From a virus (Duplodnaviria > Caudoviricetes), in the IMG/VR virus record IMGVR_UViG_3300048881_000314, positions 1 through 45,815 of that record: DNA of 45,815 nt, one strand, 5' to 3'. This document shows, piece by piece, positions 1 through 9,097 of the stretch. The notes below the pieces were generated by a model, which was not told the origin of the DNA, searched no databases, and worked only from the letters and a program-made list of their open reading frames with translations. Position numbers and translations under genes: made by a program. Positions within the stretch are counted from its first letter, which is position 1; every line of letters begins with the position of its first letter.

Positions 1-246
1 AAAGTGATTTTCAAACGGCAATATCTTTAAGCCAAAACAGTGGTTTAATTGGTTCGCCAACAAAGTCGAAAGACGGTGTTGAATTTATCGGACTACTTAA
101 CCCGGAGATAAGGCCAGGCCGTGCGGTTGTTTTGGAATCAAAAAGATTTTTGAATGGTTCCGGTGCAACTGTTAAAGTAACTAAAACGGTATTTACTGGC
201 GATACGCACGAAGGGCCGTGGCAAGTTAAGTGCGAAGGAATTATTC
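1..246. repeat. Terminal direct repeat, left copy (circular assembly overlap or terminal redundancy)
   Basis: 1-246 matches 45570-45815 except C119 vs T45688. Confidence 0.97.
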
Positions 247-254
247 AAGAATGA
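1..254 (+). CDS. 3' end of baseplate hub protein (continues from 44975 across the junction)
   Basis: Frame ...GDTHEGPWQVKCEGIIQE* ends at TGA 252-254, in frame with ATG 44975 on the circle. Confidence 0.8.
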   Translation, partial: SDFQTAISLSQNSGLIGSPTKSKDGVEFIGLLNPEIRPGRAVVLESKRFLNGSGATVKVTKTVFTGDTHEGPWQVKCEGIIQE

Positions 255-934
255 CAAGACAACAAACACCGACATTAATAGAAGCTATTGACATGATTAT
301 TAATCGCCATTTGTGCGAAATTCATACGTCAATGCCATGTGAAATCGTAAAGTATGACTATGATACTAATTTATGTGAAGTTCAACCAAGTTTGAAAAGA
401 AAATATAAAGGCGAAACGTCCGCGGTGAAGCTTCCAATTATTACAAATGTTCCGGTTGCTTTTCCAAGAATGGGTTCCGGTCATTTAAGAATTCCAATAA
501 ATGCCGGCGATACTGGCCAGCTAGTTTTTAACGAACGCTCAATTGACGGTTGGAATCAGTCAGGCGGAATAATTGACCCGCTTAATCCAAGGAAACACGC
601 TTTAAGTGATGCGGTCTTTTATCCTGGCCTTAACCCTCAAAGCAAGCCAATGGAGAGTTCGGCGGCGAATGACTCACTTGAATTAAAGTTAAATGATTCA
701 TATTTCGAAATTCTTGGTTCTGGAAAGTTTAAAATTACAAACGGAACGGAAGAACTTTTTGATTTACTAGTTCAATTATTAGGTGAAATAATTGACGAAA
801 TGAATGAACAAGGAACCGAAGACTTTACGAACACCATATTCGGCCCACAACAACCGGTTAATTTTGCGAAGTACACAGCATTAAAAACCAAGTACGAGAC
901 GTTAAAAACAAAAATGGAAAGCTTGAAGGGGTAA
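251..934 (+). CDS. Baseplate central spike (Gp138/gpV-like N-terminal OB fold)
   Basis: HTSMPCEIVKYD...VQP...NVPVAFP...GDTG.LVF.ERSID.W...RKHALSDAVFYPG; ATG 251 overlaps hub stop (ATGA), preferred over the track start at 230. Confidence 0.85.
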   Translation: MTRQQTPTLIEAIDMIINRHLCEIHTSMPCEIVKYDYDTNLCEVQPSLKRKYKGETSAVKLPIITNVPVAFPRMGSGHLRIPINAGDTGQLVFNERSIDGWNQSGGIIDPLNPRKHALSDAVFYPGLNPQSKPMESSAANDSLELKLNDSYFEILGSGKFKITNGTEELFDLLVQLLGEIIDEMNEQGTEDFTNTIFGPQQPVNFAKYTALKTKYETLKTKMESLKG

Positions 935-937
935 TTT

Positions 938-1180
938 ATGGCACTTGACGGAAATAGATTGGGAACGGCAATAGCGGACGCAATTAAAGCAAGTGTTCCG
1001 CCACCGGGTTCGAAAATAACCGACGCGCAACTTGAAACAATGTGGCAACTTGTCGGAACTGAAATAGTAAATGAAATAACAAATAATGCCGAAGTTGCAA
1101 CGACGACGACCGGAACCGTTACGACGGGACCAGGGGCCGGCGGTTCAACTAGCGGTTCAGGAATGGGGGACGTTTCGTAA
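938..1180 (+). CDS. Small baseplate protein, probable spike-tip cap
   Basis: Follows spike gene; Gly/Thr-rich C-terminus; TAATG coupling to next gene. Confidence 0.5.
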   Translation: MALDGNRLGTAIADAIKASVPPPGSKITDAQLETMWQLVGTEIVNEITNNAEVATTTTGTVTTGPGAGGSTSGSGMGDVS

Positions 1181-1548
1181 TGACTCAATTTAAAATGGAC
1201 GATAACGACGACATTGCAATTGAAAACAATACTTTTGTTTTGACGTCAAATAATTCAGACGAAGAAATTCGTCAAAGGCTTTTACAGGCGCTTAGATTTT
1301 TTTTAGGCGAATGGTTTCTTGATACAACGGAAGGAATTCCATACTTTCAAACTATCCTGGTTAAGGGAACGCCGCCCGATATAATCGAAGCGGAATTTAA
1401 AAGCGCAATACTCGGAGTCGAAGGCGTTGCGTCATTAAATGAGTTTGAACCTTTGGAATACGAACCGGCGACAAGGGAAATGAAAGTTGTCTTTGACGTG
1501 ACAACGATTAACGGTAATAATTTAAGTATAAATGAGGTTTTACCATGA
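1180..1548 (+). CDS. Baseplate wedge / sheath initiator (gp25/gpW-like)
   Basis: IRQRL...LRFFLGEWFLDTTEGIPY...ILGVEGV; position before baseplate J. Confidence 0.85.
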   Translation: MTQFKMDDNDDIAIENNTFVLTSNNSDEEIRQRLLQALRFFLGEWFLDTTEGIPYFQTILVKGTPPDIIEAEFKSAILGVEGVASLNEFEPLEYEPATREMKVVFDVTTINGNNLSINEVLP

Positions 1549-2726
1549 GTTTTGGACTAACGGCCGACGGCTTTAAAATAAAAAGATTGGACGATATTCT
1601 TACGGAAATTCGTCAACGTTTTCGCGACGAATTCGGCGATAGTATTGATTTAAGTGACGCTTCACCAATGGGCCAGGTTATTGCAATTATGGCCGAAAGG
1701 GAATCGTTAGTTTGGGAATTGGCGCAAGACGTTTATAACTCTCAATATCCGATTACGTCGGAAGGAAAGCAGTTAGACAATGTTGTTGCCCTTACCGGAA
1801 CAACTAGACAAGGGCCGCAATTTTCAAGAGTGGAAAGCGGTGTTGCGTTTGGAACGAATGGAACGATTGTAACTAACGGAACCATAATTTCAGTTGACGG
1901 AAACCCGGACGCGCGTTTTGTAGTCCAGGGCGATTATATTATTAACGTAGCTGACGGCGGAACTTTTAAAGCTGAAAATATTGTTTTAATTGCCGAAGAA
2001 GCTGGCCCGATTCAAGCGAATACGGGAACACTTACGGTAATTGAAACACCTATTGCCGGAATGAATACTTTTAACAACCTGGCCGACGCTGATATTGGTG
2101 ACGATACGGAAACGGACCCGGAATTAAAAGCTAGGCGTGACCAGGAACTTCAAATTGCCGGAGCGGCAACAATAGAAGCAATTCTTTCGGAAATTGGGGC
2201 GCGTGAATTAGTTGACGCGGTAATTGTTTTTCAAAACAATAGTTCAATAATTGATTCGGACGGAAGGCCGCCGCATTCACTTGATATTGTAATTAAAGGT
2301 GATGACGAAGACGACCTTGCCGAAGCGATTTTTCTTGTCGTTGGTGGTGGTATTGAAACGATTGGTGATATTGCAAAAATCGTTGTTGACTCTCAAGGCT
2401 TTAATCAAGACGTTAAATTTTCAAGGCCGACGGACGTTCCTATTTGGATTGAAATAGATATAACAAAAAATTCATTATATCCGGTTGACGGTGACACTCA
2501 AATTGAAAACGCAATTCTTGGTTTTGGTGAAACCTTGACGGTTGGCCAAGACGTTATTGTTTTTGGTTCCGATGCGCTTTCGTGTGTTCTTAACGACATT
2601 CCTGGAATTACACGTTACGAAATTAGAATTGATAGAACTAACACACCAACGACGGACGATAACGTTAATATTGAACCAAGGGAAATAGCGGCGTTTGATT
2701 CCGCTAGAATAACGGTAAATAGCTAA
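1545..2726 (+). CDS. Baseplate J-like protein
   Basis: MSFGLTADGF start, A.E.GPIQAN.GTLT.IETP, ETDPELKARR, PPHS, KFSRP. Confidence 0.9.
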   Translation: MSFGLTADGFKIKRLDDILTEIRQRFRDEFGDSIDLSDASPMGQVIAIMAERESLVWELAQDVYNSQYPITSEGKQLDNVVALTGTTRQGPQFSRVESGVAFGTNGTIVTNGTIISVDGNPDARFVVQGDYIINVADGGTFKAENIVLIAEEAGPIQANTGTLTVIETPIAGMNTFNNLADADIGDDTETDPELKARRDQELQIAGAATIEAILSEIGARELVDAVIVFQNNSSIIDSDGRPPHSLDIVIKGDDEDDLAEAIFLVVGGGIETIGDIAKIVVDSQGFNQDVKFSRPTDVPIWIEIDITKNSLYPVDGDTQIENAILGFGETLTVGQDVIVFGSDALSCVLNDIPGITRYEIRIDRTNTPTTDDNVNIEPREIAAFDSARITVNS

Positions 2727-3421
2727 TGAGTAATATAATCGAAATCACAAACCACGTTGAACAAGGGCTTGACCGAAGACTTGAGCAATGGAAAGACAAA
2801 GAAAATCTTGAAAAAGTTTTAATTGCCCTTTCAACTGGTTATCAAGAAATCGAAGGCATGTTTTTCGACCTTTGTGACAAGCGTTTAAATATTAACGACG
2901 CCGAAGGTTATCAGCTTGACCAAATTGGAACCATTGTCGGGCAAGACCGACTTGGTTTCGAAGACGATTTTTACAGAATTTTATTATTGGCCCGTATTGG
3001 CGCCAACGTTTCAAACGGCGAACCTGAAAGAATAATTGATACAATTAAACTTTTAACGCAAGCGAATTTTATTCATTACATGAATTTAGATAACGCGGAA
3101 ATTGCTATTGGTTCGGACGGAATAATTAACCCTTTGACGGTTGATTTTTTAATTACAAATTTACAACGTGTAGTAATGGGTGGTGTTCGCGTAAATTATT
3201 TATGTATTTACGACGGCGAAGACTCTTTTTCCATGGACGGCCCAAACTCTAAAACTATTGGTAAGGGTTTTGGAACTATTCACGACACTGGCCTTGGCGG
3301 GAAGTTCGGCCAGTGCTACAATATTAAAAAGAAATTCAGTTTTTCCGGTAATAATACAAGCGACGGCGGGTTTGGTTCAATATATGACCCTTTAGTTGGC
3401 GGCGTAATGGAAGGATTATAA
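2726..3421 (+). CDS. Baseplate wedge protein (DUF2612/gpI-like)
   Basis: INDAEGYQLDQIGTIVGQDR...DDFYRILLLARI..N motif; follows J. Confidence 0.8.
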   Translation: MSNIIEITNHVEQGLDRRLEQWKDKENLEKVLIALSTGYQEIEGMFFDLCDKRLNINDAEGYQLDQIGTIVGQDRLGFEDDFYRILLLARIGANVSNGEPERIIDTIKLLTQANFIHYMNLDNAEIAIGSDGIINPLTVDFLITNLQRVVMGGVRVNYLCIYDGEDSFSMDGPNSKTIGKGFGTIHDTGLGGKFGQCYNIKKKFSFSGNNTSDGGFGSIYDPLVGGVMEGL

Positions 3422-3441
3422 ATTATTAAGGAGCTTTAAAA

Positions 3442-4053
3442 ATGGCAAAACCAACGAGTAAAATTGACTGGACGAAAGGAAACCCGGACCAGGCCACAAT
3501 TTCCGTTGAACCTTCGGCGGCGAAAAAAGAAGCCGGTTGGTTGACGGACGAAAGACCACCACGCGAGTTTATGAACTGGCTTTTTCAAAACCTAGGCGAA
3601 TGGACTGATTACTTTGAAGAATCAATTGAAGGTTTCGCAACTCAAAGTATTATTTACGACGCGACCGTTGGCCCAGGTGGTTCACACGCTGACTTAAATG
3701 CTTTAATGGCGGACGCTGACGTTGCTAACTTGAAGAACGTTTTAGTTGTTGGGGCCTTGGCCGTTGATGACATTCAAGTTATTAATGTCGACGGTATGAA
3801 TATTGAATTTAAACCTAAAGCAAGTATTACTAAAAACGGGCCAACTGGCGCGGCGGTTGGGTTGCAAATTGATTCAAACCGAGTAAGAATATTAAACGGT
3901 AGATTCATAGGCTTTAATGACGGCGGCGAAAAAGGAATTGAAATAAACGGTAACAACTGTTTAATGATGGGCAACTTTTTCAATGACGTTACTTTAACAA
4001 TTGAAGACAATGGTAATAATAACGCGTTATACGCAAACATAGAGGAAGTTTAA
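3442..4053 (+). CDS. Short tail-fibre anchor protein with beta-helix C-terminus
   Basis: Baseplate-attachment motif PSAAKKEAGW...PPREFMNWLF...EW.DY; N/G-rich beta-helix-like C-terminus; only 203 aa. Confidence 0.75.
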   Translation: MAKPTSKIDWTKGNPDQATISVEPSAAKKEAGWLTDERPPREFMNWLFQNLGEWTDYFEESIEGFATQSIIYDATVGPGGSHADLNALMADADVANLKNVLVVGALAVDDIQVINVDGMNIEFKPKASITKNGPTGAAVGLQIDSNRVRILNGRFIGFNDGGEKGIEINGNNCLMMGNFFNDVTLTIEDNGNNNALYANIEEV

Positions 4054-4055
4054 AA

Positions 4056-6254
4056 ATGAAAAAGATTTTACTATTTTTAACACTTGCCCTTTTAACGGTT
4101 AATTCGTTCGGGGCGACGCCACCTTTTAAGCCGCAAACCGACGAAATGATTCTAGGAAAAGGCGCAAACACGCTAGACAAATTTTTAACGTTCGACGTAG
4201 GTGACGGGGTAGCAAACCCGCAAATTCTTATTGACGACATTAATAAAATTTTCGAGTTCAATAAAAACTTGTCAACAACTGGAAACGTAAATGCAGTTGA
4301 CGGAACTTTTTCAGGAGTTCTTTCGGCCGGAGCTAACGACGCAACATTTGGAGACGGAACCAACACGGATAAGAAACATATTTTTGATATTGGGGCCGGT
4401 GCTTCAAACCCTTATCTTGGTTATTCAGCAACTTCAAATGCGCTTGTATTTAACAACGGTTTAAGTGAAAAGAAATTTGGAACTGGAAGCGGCGGCGGTG
4501 GCGGCGGAATTAATTTTATTTTAAATAATTCTTTCGAAGACGCCGGTTCGCCAATTTTAAACTGGTCAAACCTTGGCGGAACATTTACGCAAGAAGACCA
4601 CGTTAACGGACGTGAAGGAAACGAAAAATTTGCCAGGTTCGTAGCGACTACAATTGGTCAATATTTTGAATCTGACGCCGTTACAATTTCCGACGATGTT
4701 GGGCCAGGGTGCATGGCCGACTTTAAGTATATGCAAGGTGATAACGCTTTTGAATATAAAGTTTTAAAAGCACCTTACGCGGACCCGGCGGACGTTGTTG
4801 CAATCGGCACGATTTCGGACCTAACGGAATTCGACAAGGCCCCAACGGTTGTTTTTAATTGCCAGGGTGGTGACCAGTTCAAATTTCGCGTAACAAGTAC
4901 GGCGGCCGGAACAATCGACGCGGACGGTGAAGTTTACCTTGGTTCTAACAAGGGTTATATTCCGGCAAGTTCTTCGGAAAAAGTAGAAACAAAATTCTTG
5001 GCGGCGCAAGCTAGTTCAACTGGAATTTTGACCGACCTAACTTTTTCAAACCTTACGGTTGGTAAAAGGTATAAGTTAAGAGGTCAAATAACTGGTAACA
5101 TTGCAAACGGTTCAGAAAACTCTAAGCAGTTTGGCGGTGAAGTTTACAACGGCGGAACGTCGATAGTAACTTTTCATTCCGGCGCTTCAAATGTTTTTAA
5201 CTTTAGAGATTCGGCGCCTATATTAAAAGATTTTGTTGCTAGTTCGACAACAATAACGGTTGACCTGGTAACGTTAGAAAACGCCACTATATCAGCGGGT
5301 TCGGCAAATACATATTTGACATTAACGGAAGTTATAAATGAAACCCAGGCGGCAATTTCGCCAGAACAAGCCGAGTTTTATATTGAAGGTCGTATTCTTA
5401 ATACGGTTTCAGATATTACTATTGCAAATTCAAACCAAATTATTGTTGGTCCAAACTTAGAGCTTCAAATGAACAAAGGGGCCGCAAGTATAACTTGTGT
5501 TTCCGGGGCGTCTAACGGTTCAACTTGTGCAACCGATAGTGAACAAATGGGGTTTTCTTTTAACGTTCCGGTTGCCGGGAGATACCAGGTTTGTTTTTCT
5601 ATTCCTGTTAGAATAGGTAACGCAAGCGTTGGGGCTTTGATTAGACATACTCAAAACGGTTCGGACACAAACATCAAGGCCGGTCAAAACTATATTTCTA
5701 GGACGCACAGTCCAGACAATTCAAATGAATTTTATCTTGACCAAATTGGTGAATGTGAAGTCTTTGATTTTACGGTTGGTGAAAATACTGTCAAAATGCA
5801 AGCCGGAGCGACGGGAACAAATAGAGGTATTCCGGTAACTGGAACACACTCTTTCGCAATTACCGATTCGCACTTTTCAGTTAAGTTGCTTCAAAACGAG
5901 GTTGCTAGACCAATTGTTAATAACATGGTTGATACGAAAAGAAAGGACGGTTTAAGAGTTGAAGGTTGTTTTGTGAAGAACAATGGAACGGCCACGGCCG
6001 ACCCAGAATCTAACCTTTGTGAAAGTTGGGTAAATACATTAACAAGGAATACAATTGGTTATGTTTCTATTGTTACAAAAGTTGGGGTGTTCTCAAAAGA
6101 CCCGGTTTGTTCAATTAGTAACGACTATGCCGGTTCAACAATTGGTAACAAGACCCAAGTTATAGACAATGCAAATATAGATGTTAGGCTTTTTAATACC
6201 GCGGGAAGCTTGTTAGATGAAAACTTTTTTATTGTTTGTATAGGAGCAAAATAA
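4056..6254 (+). CDS. Tail-fibre / receptor-binding-like protein with a Sec signal peptide
   Basis: Fibre locus; MKKILLFLTLALLTVNSFGA leader; poly-Gly hinge then N.SFE (CBM-like); jelly-roll-like modules; 10 Cys. Confidence 0.65.
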   Translation: MKKILLFLTLALLTVNSFGATPPFKPQTDEMILGKGANTLDKFLTFDVGDGVANPQILIDDINKIFEFNKNLSTTGNVNAVDGTFSGVLSAGANDATFGDGTNTDKKHIFDIGAGASNPYLGYSATSNALVFNNGLSEKKFGTGSGGGGGGINFILNNSFEDAGSPILNWSNLGGTFTQEDHVNGREGNEKFARFVATTIGQYFESDAVTISDDVGPGCMADFKYMQGDNAFEYKVLKAPYADPADVVAIGTISDLTEFDKAPTVVFNCQGGDQFKFRVTSTAAGTIDADGEVYLGSNKGYIPASSSEKVETKFLAAQASSTGILTDLTFSNLTVGKRYKLRGQITGNIANGSENSKQFGGEVYNGGTSIVTFHSGASNVFNFRDSAPILKDFVASSTTITVDLVTLENATISAGSANTYLTLTEVINETQAAISPEQAEFYIEGRILNTVSDITIANSNQIIVGPNLELQMNKGAASITCVSGASNGSTCATDSEQMGFSFNVPVAGRYQVCFSIPVRIGNASVGALIRHTQNGSDTNIKAGQNYISRTHSPDNSNEFYLDQIGECEVFDFTVGENTVKMQAGATGTNRGIPVTGTHSFAITDSHFSVKLLQNEVARPIVNNMVDTKRKDGLRVEGCFVKNNGTATADPESNLCESWVNTLTRNTIGYVSIVTKVGVFSKDPVCSISNDYAGSTIGNKTQVIDNANIDVRLFNTAGSLLDENFFIVCIGAK

Positions 6255-6255
6255 C

Positions 6256-7041
6256 ATGAAAAATATTATATCTATTTTAATTTTTACATTAATTACAAAT
6301 ATAACTTTTGGGGCCTCGGCCCCAATTTCTGAAATTCAGAAAAAAATAGACAATTGTAATTATAAACTAAACGTAAATATTGGCAAAAGTTGCCAGGGTC
6401 AATGCTTGGAAGTTTTGCCAAGTTTTAATTGCGAATACTCGGAAATTGTCGACAAAATGATTGACGATGAAACAAGACCAATACACGAAGCAAAATCAAT
6501 CGTTGTTGCTTGCGCCGCTGTTTTGGACGACCCGTCGACGACCGAAATAGACGAATCAAAAACACTTGAACAAGATTGTCTTGAAAAAGAAGCCGCGCAA
6601 ATTTGCGATGGTTCGCAAGGTTATTTTAAAGTTCGTGTCGCTGACAATAGCGAAGTTTATTGCACGAAAGTAGTTGGTTACGAACAAAAGGTTTCGGGCG
6701 AAAAAACCATAACTGAAAACGCTACTAAAAAGGCGGCTTACGATTCTTCTAGGTTAGCAAGTGAACAAATGGAAGCGGCTATTGCTTCGGCCATGAAGGC
6801 AATCGACCACGGTAAAAGGGTAATTGCTTTACTTCTAGTAAGAAACGCTTCAAAAGGTTTAACGACGGCGCAAATTGAGCAAATGAATTCAACTTACGCC
6901 GAAATAAAAAACTTGCTTGAAACTGGTTCCCTGGTAACTGCAAAAGAAAAAATTGAATCAATTACGCCGGACGGAACAATTGTAACGGAAGCGGACAAAG
7001 TGGCGTTAGTTTTAGAAATTAATAGCTTTTTAGGTTTATAA
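6256..7041 (+). CDS. Signal-peptide protein, Cys-rich N-terminal half, putative fibre-chaperone C-terminal domain
   Basis: MKNIISILIFTLITNITFGA leader; 8 Cys; C-terminal domain aligns without gaps to 11963..12505. Confidence 0.55.
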   Translation: MKNIISILIFTLITNITFGASAPISEIQKKIDNCNYKLNVNIGKSCQGQCLEVLPSFNCEYSEIVDKMIDDETRPIHEAKSIVVACAAVLDDPSTTEIDESKTLEQDCLEKEAAQICDGSQGYFKVRVADNSEVYCTKVVGYEQKVSGEKTITENATKKAAYDSSRLASEQMEAAIASAMKAIDHGKRVIALLLVRNASKGLTTAQIEQMNSTYAEIKNLLETGSLVTAKEKIESITPDGTIVTEADKVALVLEINSFLGL

Positions 7042-7069
7042 AACCATGTTTATGCGTCATAATAAAAGT

Positions 7070-7276
7070 ATGAGCGAAAAAGAATTAAATGCTATTGTTG
7101 CCAATGAAATAGAGTGGCGTAAAATGTTATGGAAAAAAGTCGAGAGCGTGGAAAAGAATCAACACACTCTCGATAAGGACTTGACGGGACTGCGCGTTAA
7201 GGTTGCCTTTTGGGGTGGACTTTTTGGAACAATTGGCGGAACATTTATTTCATACTTAACTAAAAACGTTTTATAA
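7070..7276 (+). CDS. Small coiled-coil plus C-terminal TM protein (holin/XhlA-like)
   Basis: Coiled coil then VAFWGGLFGTIGGTFISYL; first gene of lysis cassette; start 7070 or 7046. Confidence 0.5.
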   Translation: MSEKELNAIVANEIEWRKMLWKKVESVEKNQHTLDKDLTGLRVKVAFWGGLFGTIGGTFISYLTKNVL

Positions 7277-7288
7277 GGAGCGTAAAAA

Positions 7289-7597
7289 ATGGAAAACAAA
7301 AAATTTGATTTTGAAGTAAAAGACGGAGCTTTTAACGCTAGTGTTGACATGAACCAAGACGGTGATAAGTTTATGAAACTTAAACTTAACATTACGGAAG
7401 GTATTCAAGAGCTTATCGCGAAAGGCGGAAAACTTGAAGGCGCTAAGGTTGTTGAAGTTAAATTTGAATTAACTAAAATGATTATTAAGTTAGATACTGA
7501 CAGAGACGGCGAAGAACTGCTTGAACTTGAGGTTGATATGGCCGAAGGTTTCCAGGAAATTGGAAGTATGGTAATTAAGAAAAAAGAAGAAAAATAA
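7289..7597 (+). CDS. Hypothetical protein with two internal DxDxDG-type repeats
   Basis: AAGGAG RBS; DMNQDGD...EGIQEL and DTDRDGE...EGFQEI. Confidence 0.7.
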   Translation: MENKKFDFEVKDGAFNASVDMNQDGDKFMKLKLNITEGIQELIAKGGKLEGAKVVEVKFELTKMIIKLDTDRDGEELLELEVDMAEGFQEIGSMVIKKKEEK

Positions 7598-7598
7598 A

Positions 7599-7922
7599 AT
7601 GATGCAATTTTTTAAATCGTTGCTTCTAGCAATGGAACCATACCTTTTAAAATTCTTGCAAACGGCCGTTGTAAAAGCGGCCGTTAAATTTTTCTTTCAA
7701 AACGCCGTTCCTGGCGGTTTAAAATTAAAAGTAATTAAGTACGCGGCGAAAAATCTTTTATTCGATAAGGCGCTTTTACCTGGCGTTCAAAAAGTCTTTC
7801 GTGAACTTGGTTATTCTTTCGACGTTGGCGACGGTATAATTCAAATTAAGCGACTTAAAAAGGCGAGTGATAACAATGACCAAGATTCTTACGACGATAC
7901 TATTGACGATATTCTTAGCTAG
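7599..7922 (+). CDS. Lysis-cassette protein (possible holin or i-spanin-like)
   Basis: Amphipathic N-terminus; 3' end overlaps lipoprotein gene. Confidence 0.4.
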   Translation: MMQFFKSLLLAMEPYLLKFLQTAVVKAAVKFFFQNAVPGGLKLKVIKYAAKNLLFDKALLPGVQKVFRELGYSFDVGDGIIQIKRLKKASDNNDQDSYDDTIDDILS

Positions 7923-8301
7923 TTGCCAAGGTCCGCAAATAAAACCTAGGGTTGGAACAAATATTTCATTTCAATTTAACCGATGCAAACTTTTTTGTTA
8001 TAGCTTTATGCAAGCAAAAAAAGTTGAATCAAAATTTTGCGACCAGAAACCGAAAGAAATTCCTAACGAATTTCCTTTTTATTTCGAAATTGCCGAAGGT
8101 GAAAAAACTGTTAAATATGGTTTCTTAAAAAGAAAAAAGAAAAAAGTTAAATATGATTACCTTAAATTTATTCCAGGAAATTATGAACTGGAAGCTTGCG
8201 ACGAAACACTTGGCGTTTATGTTAATGATTACGCCATTAAAATAAAACCCGAAGCCAATAGGCTTATTAAATATTACAAAGACAAGGAAAAAAGAAAATG
8301 A
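7876..8301 (+). CDS. Lipoprotein (o-spanin-like)
   Basis: MTKILTTILLTIFLAS-C lipobox; overlaps upstream gene; precedes endolysin. Confidence 0.65.
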   Translation: MTKILTTILLTIFLASCQGPQIKPRVGTNISFQFNRCKLFCYSFMQAKKVESKFCDQKPKEIPNEFPFYFEIAEGEKTVKYGFLKRKKKKVKYDYLKFIPGNYELEACDETLGVYVNDYAIKIKPEANRLIKYYKDKEKRK

Positions 8302-9038
8302 GACTTTTTAAAAAATGGGGCCGCTCTATAAAAAGGGGTTGGTTAAAATTAACTGGAAAAAAAGCGCCGAAACCTGTTTATAGGCAAGGTAAACCAGTTT
8401 CGAAATTAAAGCATTTTCACCCGCTTGCAAAAATGAAAGAAGACTTAAATTTATTTTATGCGCCTTTTAAATTTGCATTTGATAAGAACCATTTTTTCAT
8501 TGTTCATTTTACGGCCGGTTGGTGGACTAGAAAAATGAGAGACTTCGCAAAAAGGTTTCTTGAAAAGGGTCTTAATACAATGTTCATAGACGGCGAAGGT
8601 GTTCTATGGCAACAATCAGCGGGCGACCGTTGCGGTTATCATACGGGCGGGGCCGCTAAGTGGAATGGTAAAAAAATAAACAAATGTTCGGCCGGTGTTG
8701 AAATAGCGAACGCGGGACTTTTAAAAGAAAAAAATGGAAAGTTTTATTCTTGGTTTAAAGCTGAAATTCCACGCGAAGACGTAAGAATTGTAACCAAAGA
8801 AATGGGTTACATTGTTCCTGGTCCTTATCAAAAATATAGTGAAAAGCAAGAAGCAACACTTGCCGAATTACTTGCATGGGTTATTGCTAAGGGTTTACCA
8901 AAAGAAAATATTCTTGGTCACGATGCAATTAGACCTTATGGCCACAAGAACGACCCGGGTGGTTCGTTATCTATGCCGCTAGGTGAATTTGTTGAAAAAC
9001 GTGTTTTACCTCTAGTTGAAAAATACCGAGACGCGTAA
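8298..9038 (+). CDS. Endolysin, N-acetylmuramoyl-L-alanine amidase (Amidase_2)
   Basis: IVHFTAG, YHTG, S.GVEIAN, GHDAI.P..K.DPG zinc-amidase motifs. Confidence 0.9.
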   Translation: MRLFKKWGRSIKRGWLKLTGKKAPKPVYRQGKPVSKLKHFHPLAKMKEDLNLFYAPFKFAFDKNHFFIVHFTAGWWTRKMRDFAKRFLEKGLNTMFIDGEGVLWQQSAGDRCGYHTGGAAKWNGKKINKCSAGVEIANAGLLKEKNGKFYSWFKAEIPREDVRIVTKEMGYIVPGPYQKYSEKQEATLAELLAWVIAKGLPKENILGHDAIRPYGHKNDPGGSLSMPLGEFVEKRVLPLVEKYRDA

Positions 9039-9061
9039 AATTTAAAAACTTTATTAATACG

Positions 9062-9095
9062 CCCCTTTGTGACAAAATAATTACAAAGGGGTTTT
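9062..9095 (+). terminator. Hairpin after endolysin
   Basis: CCCCTTTGT / ACAAAGGGG stem followed by TTTT. Confidence 0.55.
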
Positions 9096-9097
9096 AA

